A program made the position numbers and the translations under genes. Below the pieces are notes generated by a model. It saw nothing but the letters and a program-made list of their open reading frames with translations, made no database searches and was not told the origin of the DNA. Shown in pieces: positions 49,271 to 62,007 of a DNA stretch of 64,000 bases. Origin of the DNA: Octopus bimaculoides (lineage: Eukaryota); contig NC_068984.1 in NCBI RefSeq assembly GCF_001194135.2, forward strand, positions 3,454,906-3,518,905. Direction: 5' to 3'. Each line of letters opens with the position of its first letter. Position 1 is the first letter of the stretch.

Positions 49271-51974
49271 CTGTACTCGTTTATTACACTAATTTTCTTC
49301 TACGCTCCTGCTCTCTGATTCCACGTCGCCAGTCTTGCACTACCTTTCTCACTGCACAACCTTTCATCTTGGCTTATTTTCCTATTCTGCATACAACATT
49401 GTGCACTCAGCCACCGGCTGAAAAAGAGATTGTTTCGCACATCTACTACAGCTGATGCAATTGTGTTTTTGTTTGTTTTTGTTTTTTCACTGGAATTAGA
49501 AAGGTTTCTTTGGCTTCGAGATACGAATATATAAGGGACAGAGGTAAGCATGTCTCACCCTTTGTCACACAGTTTGCTAGGTGAGCTTGTTTTATCTATC
49601 AAATACTTCGTGCTCAGAACCCGTTTATTGAAGGAGAAAGTAGGGCTGGAAGTCTTTTTCATTTGGTTTTATTTGCTTTAACTCAGTTTTTGTCCCCCAA
49701 GAACTAACCACACATTTAATGACGGCTGTGTAGAATAAAGACGGCAGTTTTGCCTGAATGATCTTTTTGAAGTATGATAATCCTCAGCATTGTTACATTT
49801 ATCCGGTAAGAATAAAATTGTGTGAGCATACACACACACACACACACACACACACAAACCATGTTGGTGCAAAGTAAACATTTTCGCCTCCCAACCATGG
49901 TTGACATTATAAGAGAGTTCCTGGTTTACTTCTGTGGACAGGGGTCGGTCAGAGGGTAATCGTTTAGCCTTGGGTCTGATCTGACCGAGAAAAATTAAAA
50001 CTGTGACCAACCCATCTTATTTTCAAAGATAGTTCACCTAGGACTACATTATTTGATGCATCGTTCATATCTTTAAGACGTCAGGGTGTGCTCTGAGGGC
50101 GAGTTGCCTGTTATTTGTTGTAGCGTGCGCGGCCACATACAGGCTTCTTCATTGGTTTACGTAGTATTTAATTATGTGACCATGAAAGGAAGATGTAGGT
50201 GATGAAGATGGTGCTGCTGGTGGTGGTGATAATGAAACAGTGGTGGTGATGGTGGTTGACTGTTTGTGGTGGAGAGGTGTTTGTGATGATAATGGAAGGG
50301 AAAAGTTTAAATGGTGAGTAAATATTTTTTATACCTCACTAGCTTACTTTACTGGATCTGCTAAATTATTTCTCTATTAGTTTATTGTTTTAGCATTCAG
50401 CTTAATAAACGTAACAATGGACAGAGAGACCAATACGCCATCTGGTGCACAACTCAATAATTATACCTCTCTGCTGTAGGCATAGAATGAATGACCCAGA
50501 TGCTACGAACTTCATCTGCAATGCAATATACATTCATATTGAGCAAACAGAAATGCAGTTAATATGGAACTGTACACAGCCTTAAATTACAACGACCTGT
50601 CTCTGTATGCATATATGTTTACGTGTGTGTGTTTGTGTAGTTTTATGCAAGTATACGCATACATTTGAAAATCGACAAACCCAGTCACACACACACACAC
50701 TCACGCCTATAAACATATCCTCCTACTTTACACACACGCACTCACACACACAAACGACAAGTGTAAATCTCCATTGTTAATACAGGATAAAGCTGTGGCA
50801 ACATATGGCAAAAATAAATTCTGAAAGACTATCTTTTTCTGGAATCTTCCATGTTGACAAGCAAAATTATTTCCCTGTCTTAGAATTATTCGTTTGTCTT
50901 TTATTTTAATCTTTTGTCTTCATTTTCCACTTGGATTCTGTTTGCCAAGATTTGCATATCTCTCACATTCGGCATCTGTCTATTTAAAGCTGTTTTAAAA
51001 CCGAAGATATTTAAGCAACAAGTTGCGCTTCTTCCATAAGGACCGCCTTTTGTAGAAACTTTTCTCCAATGATATTTCAAAGCAAAACTTTCCTTACATT
51101 GATAATTTTATTGTGAGATGAGCGAAGCAAATGGGGAACAGAATAATGTTCTGGGGTTGGTCGAAGGCGGAGATGTTTTAATATGGTTTTGACTATTATT
51201 GTTCTTACAACAACACCCTCTTTCTTCAGTGACTTATGCTGGCTCTAAACACCCATGGGTGGTCATGGTTAGACTCTTATTAAACATAAAAATGTCTGAT
51301 CAAGGTTGACCCGGAGGTAAAAACTACTACATGGGTTTTGTAACGAGAAAGTTTGAGTTCAGCATGGCGCCGCTCTGTATTATACGATGTTTCAGTCCCC
51401 TTTAGCAGCGAACGATGCCTGTACTCACCTAATTTTATCCTTTGAGCCCGTAACACCGGTTTATCGGTGGATGGTTTATTTTTCTCTACACCGTAGCACA
51501 AGTAGTGTGCCAGGTATATGGGAAAATAAGGTTCAGCAGATCAGAGTTCAAAGGGTTAAACGAGAGGCAGGGTTGTTTGTCTTTTTAATACATTTATTGG
51601 TAACAAGAGAAAGCAAGGTCGAACAGTCATCTTGGAGATAATAGTGATAGTCTTGGTGGTGAGGTCATAAGGCCGAAAGTAAGAAGAATGCCGAATTTCG
51701 TGTGACCTGAAAATCACAAAACCGAAATCTTGAAAGACGGAATACTTACAATACCAAATTTTGAAATATTTTAGGGAAAAATATGAAAATAAACCTTAAA
51801 AAGAACATTTAGTTTTAAAATGGAGTTTATTCGAGAAACATAGCATTTACTTTCTTTTATGCTATTTCTACTCAAGGCACAAGGCCTGAAATTTTGGTGG
51901 GGAGGAGGCTAGGCGATTGCATCAATCTCAGTGCTCAATTGGTATTTATTTTATCGACCGGCGTGCTAGCGATT

Positions 51975-52190
51975 CTTTTCTACTCTAGGCACAAGGTCTG
52001 AAATTTTGGGGGAGGAGGCCAGTCGATTAGATCGACCCCAGTACGCAACTGGTACTTAATTTATCGACCCTGAAAGGATGAAAGGCAAAGTCGACCTCGG
52101 CGGAATTTGAACTCAGAACGTAAAGACAGACGCAATACCGCTAAGCATTTCGCCCGGTGTGCTAACGTTTCTGCCAGTTTGCCACCTTAT
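51975..52190 (-). mobile_element. SINE family A, near full length (partial second copy at about 51865-51965)
   Basis: gaaaggatgaaaggcaaagtcgacctcggcggaatttgaactcagaacgt...gccagtttgccacc. Confidence 0.88.
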
Positions 52191-52985
52191 GCTATATCAA
52201 AATGATAAAAGCAATCAAAATATAGCGAGTATATTCAGTTAATAAAAATACTAAGAAGAAGAATTTTCAAATTGTGGCACAAGGCCAGCAGTTTTAGGTG
52301 TGGAAGGAGTTATATATTTAAAACCCTTCCCACTGTCTGAATTCCATCAATATATGCTGGTGGAAAAAATTGCATTCACTTTCTCTAGAAATTAATAATG
52401 AAGGAGTCGCAAGACTTTTGAAATTTTAGTCAATCAGAAACTTCCATTGCCGGCATACAGGAAGTTGCAATTTCCGAATGAAAGTATTACGGAAACATGA
52501 TGAAATGAACAAAATTTAACGAAAGAAGATGAAATTGGGAAAAATGGGAAAATTTAATGAAATGCAATTAAAATTTTATATAACCTTTAAACATGAATCC
52601 TTAACCTAACGCTACGTTTTTATACTTTTCCACAAATTTACGATATTCGCTCTTCAAACGTTCGTTTTTTTTTCGTCTTAAAAATGTGTTTAACAAAGAA
52701 ACCGAAACTACAGCTTGCTACACTTGTTCAAAGAATCTGGCTGGCCTTGTACCAAAATTAGAATTATTACGTAAATAAATATGCTAATCATAACTCGTCT
52801 TTGTTATTCTGATATAACATAAATCTAAGAACTTAATAATAAACTTCTTTTAAGAACCATAAATGTCTTATAAGACTGTTTCCACATCATTTTCTCCAAA
52901 ACTATTTCAAAAGTTGGTCTTTTGAGCATTCGATCTAAAAAGCTTTCGGAATTCAGACAATTACGTCATTTGAAAATCTGTTTCC

Positions 52986-53090
52986 CTCGTCCGGTCTTCT
53001 CTCGTCCGGTCTTCTCTCGTCCGGTCTTCTCTCGTCCGGTCTTCTCTCGTCCGGCCTTCTCTCGTCCGGCCTTCTCTCGTCCGGCCTTCT
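52986..53090. repeat. 15-bp minisatellite, 7 units
   Basis: ctcgtccggtcttct x4 followed by ctcgtccggccttct x3. Confidence 0.95.
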
Positions 53091-54227
53091 CATGTTGTTG
53101 ACGACGACAATGTTTCGCAGGACTCTGGTTGTTGTTTAACCCTAGGTTAGTCGTGATTGATACATTTATGATAAAAGGCGTCCCACTCATGATCATTTCT
53201 TAATGCATCAAGGACTATATTAATGTGTTCTTTTTCAAAGCGATAAGTTCCTTTCTGTAGGGTGAATCTGCACTATTTTTAGCAGGACTAACGACCTCAT
53301 AAGGGCCTATCAGAGGTAGGTGGTGGTGGTGGTGATGATGGTAATAATGGTGAAAGTAGAAGTAGCAGTGGTGGTGGTGGTGGTGGTGGTGGATATTGTT
53401 GATATGAACAATGTAGACTCGTTGGCTGGAGGTGTGTTTAAAGTGTGTGTGTGTGTGTGTGTGTGTGTGNNNNNNNNNNNNNNNNNNNNNNNNNNNNNNN
53501 NNNNNNNNNNNNNNNNNNNNNNNNNNNNNNNNNNNNNNNNNNNNNNNNNNNNNNNNNNNNNNNNNNNNNNNNNNNNNNNNNNNNNNNNNNNNNNNNNNNN
53601 NNNNNNNNNNNNNNNNNNNNNNNNNNNNNNNNNNNNNNNNNNNNNNNNNNNNNNNNNNNNNNNNNNNNNNNNNNNNNNNNNNNNNNNNNNNNNNNNNNNN
53701 NNNNNNNNNNNNNNNNNNNNNNNNNNNNNNNNNNNNNNNNNNNNNNNNNNNNNNNNNNNNNNNNNNNNNNNNNNNNNNNNNNNNNNNNNNNNNNNNNNNN
53801 NNNNNNNNNNNNNNNNNNNNNNNNNNNNNNNNNNNNNNNNNNNNNNNNNNNNNNNNNNNNNNNNNNNNNNNNNNNNNNNNNNNNNNNNNNNNNNNNNNNN
53901 NNNNNNNNNNNNNNNNNNNNNNNNNNNNNNNNNNNNNNNNNNNNNNNNNNNNNNNNNNNNNNNNNNNNNNNNNNNNNNNNNNNNNNNNNNNNNNNNNNNN
54001 NNNNNNNNNNNNNNNNNNNNNNNNNNNNNNNNNNNNNNNNNNNNNNNNNNNNNNNNNNNNNNNNNNNNNNNNNNNNNNNNNNNNNNNNNNNNNNNNNNNN
54101 NNNNNNNNNNNNNNNNNNNNNNNNNNNNNNNNNNNNNNNNNNNNNNNNNNNNNNNNNNNNNNNNNNNNNNNNNNNNNNNNNNNNNNNNNNNNNNNNNNNN
54201 NNNNNNNNNNNNNNNNNNNNNNNNNNN

Positions 54228-54268
<41 letters not shown>

Positions 54269-57149
54269 GAGAGAGAGAAACGATTTCTCTATTCTGTCTT
54301 GAAACAGAAATACTCATTAGAGGGAGACGGTGGAGGCGGGGGATAAATTAGTGAGGTGGATGTAGGGAGGGAGAAGAGGAAGAAACTGAGATGAAGAGTG
54401 AGAGAGAGAGAACGAGGTATGTGGTAAATGGAAAGGTGAACAGTAAATAAAAACAAACCGGAGAGGAAGTACGAAAGAGAAGGAAGAGGTGGACTTTGTT
54501 TAAAGTGTTTGTATACACACACACACACCTGCCAACCTATTACTATGAATGAAGGTATGAGAATGTGTGTGTGAGTTTGCGAAGTAGTGCAAGGGACAAA
54601 GAGTAAAACTTGGGAAAAAAAAACATTCGTTACACGTGCGCACGCGCACACACACAATGAGAAAGAAAAAGAAAGAAAACCAAGCATGGTGTAAAAATCG
54701 AAGCTAGTTTCAAAGTGATCGACTAAAGATTTAGTAATTATCTGCTGAGGCGATTTGTTCTTTAGTTGTTGTTCATTGTATTGCCGGATGTTGGGACAAT
54801 TTCCTTGATATATTGCATTTCAACTGATGCCAACCAATTCCAGCAACAGCTGGCACCGAACACTTATCACCAACATCTCCTTACGCCCCACCCCTCCCCC
54901 CACGCTTCCTTAATGGTGGACAGCTAAAGAATGCATGCAATATATAAATGGTTGCACGTATGTGGGTATGTGAGTGCGTTGCATAATCCAAATAACTGGA
55001 TAAAACTCTACCGGAGGTATTGAGTACTCTTTGTCTAGTTTGTGAAACGAAAATGCGCATCTGTATATGTATAGCTGGGTAGACCGAAATTCTCTTAAAC
55101 CTTAGTCTCAAAGTTCTCTTCGTAGCCTCGCTCTCAGTAACCAACTAAACCCTCACCATCCACTCTGAACAGATGCTCAGCCCTCAACCGTTGCGATTTG
55201 TAACCCTGTGAGTTCATGTATTTGAGCGATTCACATTTTTTTTTTTCTTGGAGAGTTTGTTGCGTGGTCTAGGATTCGGGAAGTACCGATGAGCCAGTGC
55301 TGCATTGTTAGTGGTCGGTCTTATTACAAGAACGATTCATTTTAATCTTTTCTTTCATATAATCACGATAATGGTGTGTCGTATGTAAAACTCTTTCTTG
55401 AGAAAGTTTTTCTACGCTTGTTCCGCAATGATATCTGATGTAAATAAAGTTAACATTTCAATTTTAAAAAAATTACTTTACGTATATCTTTAAATTTTAC
55501 GGCACGCAGACTACCATTCTCTTTGTCTGTTTCTCTCTTTCCTCTCACTCTTTCTCTCCCTCTCCCCCTCTCCCCCTCTCTCCACATGTAAATTCTGAGG
55601 TTTCTTGTTTAGAGGAATAGTCAGACTACTTAAATATGCTCCTTCGGGTTATTTTGTCAACGTAATGAAATCATTGACTCGTTGTCTTAAAACAAGTCTA
55701 CATTACATTCCAAAAAATTAACAGTAAATTCGAGAACCATCCCAATAATTTTTATTCTGATAAAACAACTTTATAGTTTACATGAAGTATTGTTTATCTT
55801 ACAGTATTACCTATATATGTGTGTGTGCGCGCGTTGTGTAGATAGAATGCCTTTGATAGCACTTCTTCACCTATAAAACAGGATATTTACTATTTTACAC
55901 TTTACTCATGCAAAGCAAACAGTATTAATTATAATATTACAAATTTGGGATTTCACCAATAGGACCACAACTTCAATTTCAAGACAACCTTATTTTCTGG
56001 AGTACACATAGAAAGTTTCAACTTAGAGCGCTCCGAGTTAAAGCGTCGTCCAAATCAATTTTACCTTTCATCCTTTCAAGGTTAATAGAGCAAAATACCC
56101 ACCCAAGGTGGTGGCTTGGCGGAACTGTCAGACTGGCGGCATTTATTCCGCCTGTTTGTTTACTGAGTTCAAATCCGGCCATGGCTAAATTAAGAGGTAG
56201 ACTTAACCGTAGACTTAATGTTAACACTACTATCTGGCCCCTTGGGTCCCTTTAACTCTGTTGCTAACGTTCAAACCTTCCTCCCTCTCGACCACCTATT
56301 AACGCTGAAAGCCTTGTGATTGGTTTTATGGACACTCCCTTTCCTCGTGGTAAAAAGATATTTTTAAAAAAACTACACAAAGGTAGCGTTAAAAGCAAAA
56401 ATTTACAGCAAACTTTTATTGAAGATCTTTCAAAGAAACCAAAACGGATTCAGGAAAAATCGATCAACTATCATACGGATCTTAGAAGTTGGGAGAATTA
56501 TTGAAGAGACCAGGAGAAAAAAATCTACCAGAAGTTTTATTGTTTGTTGACATTCCAAGTTTTCAACTCCGTATATTGAAGTGAAGTGGAGCAAATATTT
56601 CTTGCATGCGCTATGCCAAAAGATACAGAAGTAATGATGCTCTAGAGCTAAAGTTCGATCACCGAAAAAAATAAAAACACAGATTTCTTCGACATCAATG
56701 CAGGTGTCTTAGAAGTCATTACTCCAGAACCATACCAATTTCGCACCTGCCTCGATGACGTCCTTTGTATCTCTAAAGACAAAAAGACAAAATTAGACAT
56801 TTCATTTCATGGTTATAGAATCATCCTCCCCTTTGCTATCCAATTGCAACAATAACAGATACAGATTGTGCTAAACATGGCGTTCTATTGACAGACCGCG
56901 TCTCAAAAGATACCTCACCCTTTTTTTACATGACCATGAGAAAACATCAGGAGATATCATTCGTCATTTTAAGTGAATATATCTGTTCCAGTCAGGATTC
57001 AAGAAGCACAGTTAATCAAAACAGTCTAAATTTTGTAGATACTTTCCTAAACTTAGATTGCATCATCACATCTATAGAAAAGGATGTTGAAACTCATCTC
57101 GGCAAAAGTTTGGTGGCCTCGCTGCTATCTGGAATTCATCGATTTCAAA

Positions 57150-57447
57150 GGATCTTGATTTCAATTGGATCTGTGAGAATTTCTTGGTCAACAAGAAAGC
57201 AATGGACTATAAGGATAGCATCAAGAATCTACTGAAATGTTACTTAACAATAATGGGTTATCGCATGTCACTGGAAGTTCACTTCTTGGACTCTCATCTG
57301 GATTTCTTCACAGACAACCTTGGAGCAGTGTCTGATGAACATGGGGAAATATTTCACCAGGTCATTAGTGCTATGGAGAAATGGTACCAAGGCTTCTGGA
57401 ATGACAACATGTTGGCTGACTACTACTGGACACTTTACCGTGATCAA
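57150..57447 (+). mobile_element. Chapaev3-like transposase C-terminal remnant
   Basis: ENFLVNKKAMDYKDSIKNLLKCY..MGYRMSLEVHFLDSHLDFFTDNLGAVSDEHGEIFHQVISAMEKWYQGFWNDNMLADYYWTL. Confidence 0.65.
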
Positions 57448-57470
57448 CATTTGCTAGTGTGTGTGTGTAT

Positions 57471-57584
<114 letters not shown>

Positions 57585-57655
57585 TTGTAGTAGTTATGTA
57601 CTTCCATATATTTGTTCAGGTTATCTACCGTAATCCATCATAGTCCACTGTTAAT

Positions 57656-57942
57656 CCGTCGGTTACGACGACAAGGGTTCCAAGTGATCTGATCAACAGA
57701 ACAGCCTGCTCGCGAAATCAACGTGCAAGTGGGTGAGTACGCCACAGATACGCAGGTAGATTCAGCTTGACACAGAATGTGACAAGGCTGGTCCCCTTTG
57801 AATTACAGGTACAACTCACGTTTTCCAGCTGAGCGAACTGGCGCAATATGAAATAAAATGTCTTGCTCATGAACATAACGCACCGCCGGGAATCGAACTC
57901 AGGACCTAATGACTGAGTCGAAGACCCTAACCCTATGCGCCT
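57656..57942 (-). mobile_element. Composite SINE: tRNA head + CORE-like domain joined directly to a family D tail
   Basis: On + reads gggaatcgaactc (B box, reverse complement), tgtcttgctca..aaca and cagctgagcgaactgg, next to gtgacaaggctgg...gtcggttacgacgac. Confidence 0.75.
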
Positions 57943-58394
57943 TCACCTTGATCTACTAAACAAGCGTCTACAGTCATTTCAAACCCTCGGTGATTTAGCG
58001 ACAAACAATTGTAAATCTTTGCATAATTATAAACATATTAAATGGTCACGTGATTTAATCACAGCATTCCATTGGTGAGAAAGTTTTCGGGGAATTGCGT
58101 CAAAACTTGTTTCCAACCTATCAAAAGACGTCTGTTTAGGCTCTTTCTTTGTTTTATAAGAACTTCTGACTTCATAGACTTTCTCAGTGGTCAGCACTTT
58201 TACAGAACTCGACAGAAAAATCTTCCTTCCAACTTCTTCCATTGACAAAAGACGGACAGTCAAACAGCTACCTATTTCCGTTTTGCTATTTTGTTTTGCT
58301 TGACCCGACACCGACCTCTGCGACTATTGATAACCCGGAAAAATAACACGTTATACTGGTAATCATACCGCCAAGTACTCAAGCCTGGAATCTC

Positions 58395-58404
58395 TCTATC
58401 TCTT

Positions 58405-58435
<31 letters not shown>

Positions 58436-58615
58436 TTCTCTCTCTTTCTTTCTCTCTCTTTCTTTCTCTCTCTCTCTCTCTCTCTTTCTTTCTCTCTCTT
58501 TCTTTCTCTCTCTTTCTTTCTCTCTCTTTCTTTCTCTCTCTTTCTTTCTCTCTCTTTCTTTCTCTTCCTTTCTCTCTCTCTTTCTCTCTTTCTCTTTCTC
58601 TCTCTCTCTTTCTCT
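58395..58615. repeat. Complex (CT)n/(CTTT)n polypyrimidine tract
   Basis: About 220 bp of essentially C/T only; it explains the ERKKER pseudo-ORFs. Confidence 0.95.
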
Positions 58616-58771
58616 CATATTTATGTCTTCCACTATCTCCTTTGACCAAGGATGCTGCAATTTCATTCACGTAGCTCCATTCAGATACGAAGCAGACTCC
58701 CTTTTGTGTTCTTGCACTTCCAACTGGAAGATGGAAGTTAATTATTAATGGCACCAGCAGACACAATTTAG

Positions 58772-59045
58772 TTTTGCCGTTTTAAAAATGAAATATTTAC
58801 ACACATCCCTGTCTCGAGCAAAAATGACTGGAGAAATTAATGAAGAATTAGAAAGGAAAAACCCTCCGAATTTCTAAGAAGGAATAAGCGTATGTTAGCT
58901 TTATGTTCTTATATAAAGCTAACATACGCTTATTCCTTCTTAGAAATTCGGAGGGTTTTTCCTTTCTAATTCTTCATTAATTTCTCCAGTCATTTTTGCT
59001 CGAGACAGGGATGTGTGTAAATATTTCATTTTTAAAACGGCAAAA
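58772..59045. repeat. Perfect 133-bp inverted repeat with an 8-nt spacer
   Basis: 58772-58904 is the exact reverse complement of 58913-59045; the spacer is gttcttat. Confidence 0.97.
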
Positions 59046-60489
59046 AAAAACATTCTTCTTCCTTTGCTTTGCACCATACATGCAGGTTAACCTTGCAGCC
59101 GCAGGGGACCACAGTCAATTGACCGACTCGATGAATGAGTGCAGTAAATACTTCTTTTCTACACCAACGGCTGCGAATATCCAGATTATTTTTCGTTTCT
59201 AATTCGTCGGTAAATGCTTCTCTTAAACTGTTAACTGAGCAGCAGGAATAACAGATTTAAACCTTAACAGCACGATAGGAACATTTAGAACAACTTTTTT
59301 GTTTTTGTATCTCATCCTCCTCAACGTTCCAAAAATTCTTCCAGAGACAGCCTTGCGCTTCTCGTGATGCATCAAAGGACAGATGTTGATATTCTCACCA
59401 ATTTGGGATTAATGCTCAGCTCTGTGTTCCACCTTGTACTTATTGACCAGCATTCATGCACAAACGCTGACCAATGAACACAGCCAGGTCACCTGACAAA
59501 TCCCCAATCAGCTATCACTTTTAATTATTTAATTAATAGCTTGAAATGTTTTTTAGTCGACGCAGAGGTAAATTTTTGTCTCCAAGTTTTCTGTGATCGA
59601 AGACCTACAATCGTGACTTTAGAGGTAGTTGATTATTCACGTGATCTATAGGCCACCGGCTCCCACCCCCACCTCATGTTAATAGGTCGATGACTCTGGA
59701 TTTTAATTTTCTACTTTTTTTGTTTGCTCGTCTTTTTGCTTTTTATTAATTTTGTTTTTTGTCTTTCGACCAGCCTAGCTCTGTTTTAAAAACAGATTTC
59801 CGCCATTTCAAATTGCTGGTGGTTATCAAACATAAGCTTATAGACATCACGACTTATCTAACGTGGAATCAATATTTGGATAGATTCTTCCAGCTCTGTT
59901 TTCTTCGATTCTGCTGCTTCAAACGCAGTGCTATTCTACGCGAGTTTAATAAGAAACTTTCTCACCCCTTCAAATTTTAACCACCCGTTTCTTCGAGACC
60001 TCGTCGCTTTGCTGCTGACCAACTGAAAATCGCCAAGTAAAAATTTAGTCATACGTTACAATTTGGTATCATTAAATCCTCGGACATTAACTGGTCTTCA
60101 TGTCTCCACATAATTCCTATGAAAATCTCAGGTGCCTGGCACCCCTATGGGAATTATTAGGTTTTTAGTACTCATAGTGTACAGTTGTCCATATCTAAGA
60201 CTTTTCGTTTTGTTTTGGGGGGTGGGATCAGATATTGCCTGAAAATTGATATTGCCTAGAACTATAATCAGACACCAATCGAATAGGTGATGACGACATT
60301 CCTTGGTTTCTTTGAATTTTTAAGAATGAAATTTGATTTGAAAGAAACTCCGAAATCCTTTCAACTGAGCATGGAAGTTATCTGCACGGTGCATTTCGTT
60401 TACGTCTTTATCGATGATTTCGTAATTACCAATTCTCATTAGGTTGTGTGTGTTTGAGAGAGAGAGAGATTTTCTCTCTCTCAAGTTTT

Positions 60490-60590
60490 CTTTGATGTAA
60501 CGAAAGCCTTTGGCACAGTGAATCGATATGGAGCGAGGAGAATCGTAAAAATGTTGGGCTTTGCACCAATCATTAGTTTTTTATTCACAT
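60490..60590 (+). mobile_element. Very short RTE-like RT fragment
   Basis: FFDVTKAFGTVNRYGARRIVKMLG resembles FIDLTKAFDTVNREGLWKIL. Confidence 0.45.
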
Positions 60591-61122
60591 GTTCGCTCAA
60601 AAGCTGCTTGAAGGCCTACTTCAGCATAAATGGATGGAGTAAAATGTTGTGAAATAATTTATCTGCGTTTACATATTCGAAAAACTCAGTTTCGGATGAG
60701 CTGTTGAATTAGTGAAAGCGGAATTTCGATGGTGACGTATTAAATTTGTAGAATAAAACTCTTTGATCTAGAGTTGTCACTAACTTGTATGGAGTCCTCT
60801 TAGGATTTCTAGTCTCCTTCATACTTAATTTAAAATGTTCATTATATATATATATATATATATNNNNNNNNNNNNNNNNNNNNNNNNNNNNNNNNNNNNN
60901 NNNNNNNNNNNNNNNNNNNNNNNNNNNNNNNNNNNNNNNNNNNNNNNNNNNNNNNNNNNNNNNNNNNNNNNNNNNNNNNNNNNNNNNNNNNNNNNNNNNN
61001 NNNNNNNNNNNNNNNNNNNNNNNNNNNNNNAATAATGTGTTGGGGTTAACGGCTCAACATGTTGAAATGACTGAGAGCGGGAAATAAACCAACGCCCTTA
61101 GGTACAAGCAAAATATATTTAT

Positions 61123-62007
61123 CCAAGGGGCTACCCAAAAGAAACCGGAATTTTGCAGTATGATTTCATTCACTTAGTTTTACAAGTTTACACTTTTATC
61201 CCCTTCAAAGTATTCTCCATTTGAAGCAATGCTTCAGTCCAGACGGGTTTTCCATTGTTCGAAGCAGTGTTGGAACTCTTGCGAATGGATGCCTTTTAAC
61301 GCCTCTATCGGTTTTTTTGTTTTTGTTTTTTATTTTTTTACGTCTTTCACATCTTCAAATTCCGTAGCACCAGTTTTCGTCACCAGTGATGACTTTCGAA
61401 AAAAGGTCCGAATCAATTTCCAACTGTTCTTTCAGTTCCCAATATGAATTTAGTCATGATTGTTTTTGAGTAAGCGAGGCACAATTTTTGCTGCAATTCT
61501 TTTCATTCGCAATTCCTCGCTCAAAATTCGTTGGCAGGAGTTCCAGGACACACCAGTCATATCAACAAGTTCGTCAATTGTTCATGAATTTTCATGATGT
61601 TTTTTGTTCAGGCGGTCGACGGTTGCCTTGAAAGCGGTTGGTCCTCAAGCGACAAGTGACCATTCCTAAAGTGTGAAAACCACTCGTAAACTTGTGTTTT
61701 GCTCAAGGCAGCGTCCTTGTAAGCTGTTTGAAGCATGATAACTGTTTCGGACTCCCTTTCCCTCAACAGAAAACAATTTTATGGAAGCACGCTGTTCCTT
61801 CGTTTCACCCATCATAAAAATCGACAAACAGGGGAGAAGTGCTGCAAAACAAAGACGCACCACGTGACAATATGACTCTACTGAACAACAACGGTCGGCA
61901 GGCTGATGCCTGAGGATTGCACCAAGTGCCTTCTAGCGCCAGAATCCAGAACTACAACGGGTGTGACCCACAGAGAACGTTTCCAATTACTTTTGGGTAC
62001 CCATCGT
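61123..62007 (-). mobile_element. Internally deleted mariner element
   Basis: MGETKEQRASIK..ETVIMLQTAYKDAALSKTQVYEWFSHFRNG..SLEDQP, VITGDENWCYG, then a jump to FQHCFEQWKTRLD*SIASNGEYFEGDK. Degenerate TIRs (gg.tacccaaaag.aa..ggaa) at both ends. Confidence 0.85.

Noticed and set aside
58027-58311. 94-aa minus-strand ORF, and similar 60-100-aa ORFs at 16750, 33806, 39680 and 59759
   Set aside because: No recognisable domain or convincing splice context, and lengths are within chance expectation.
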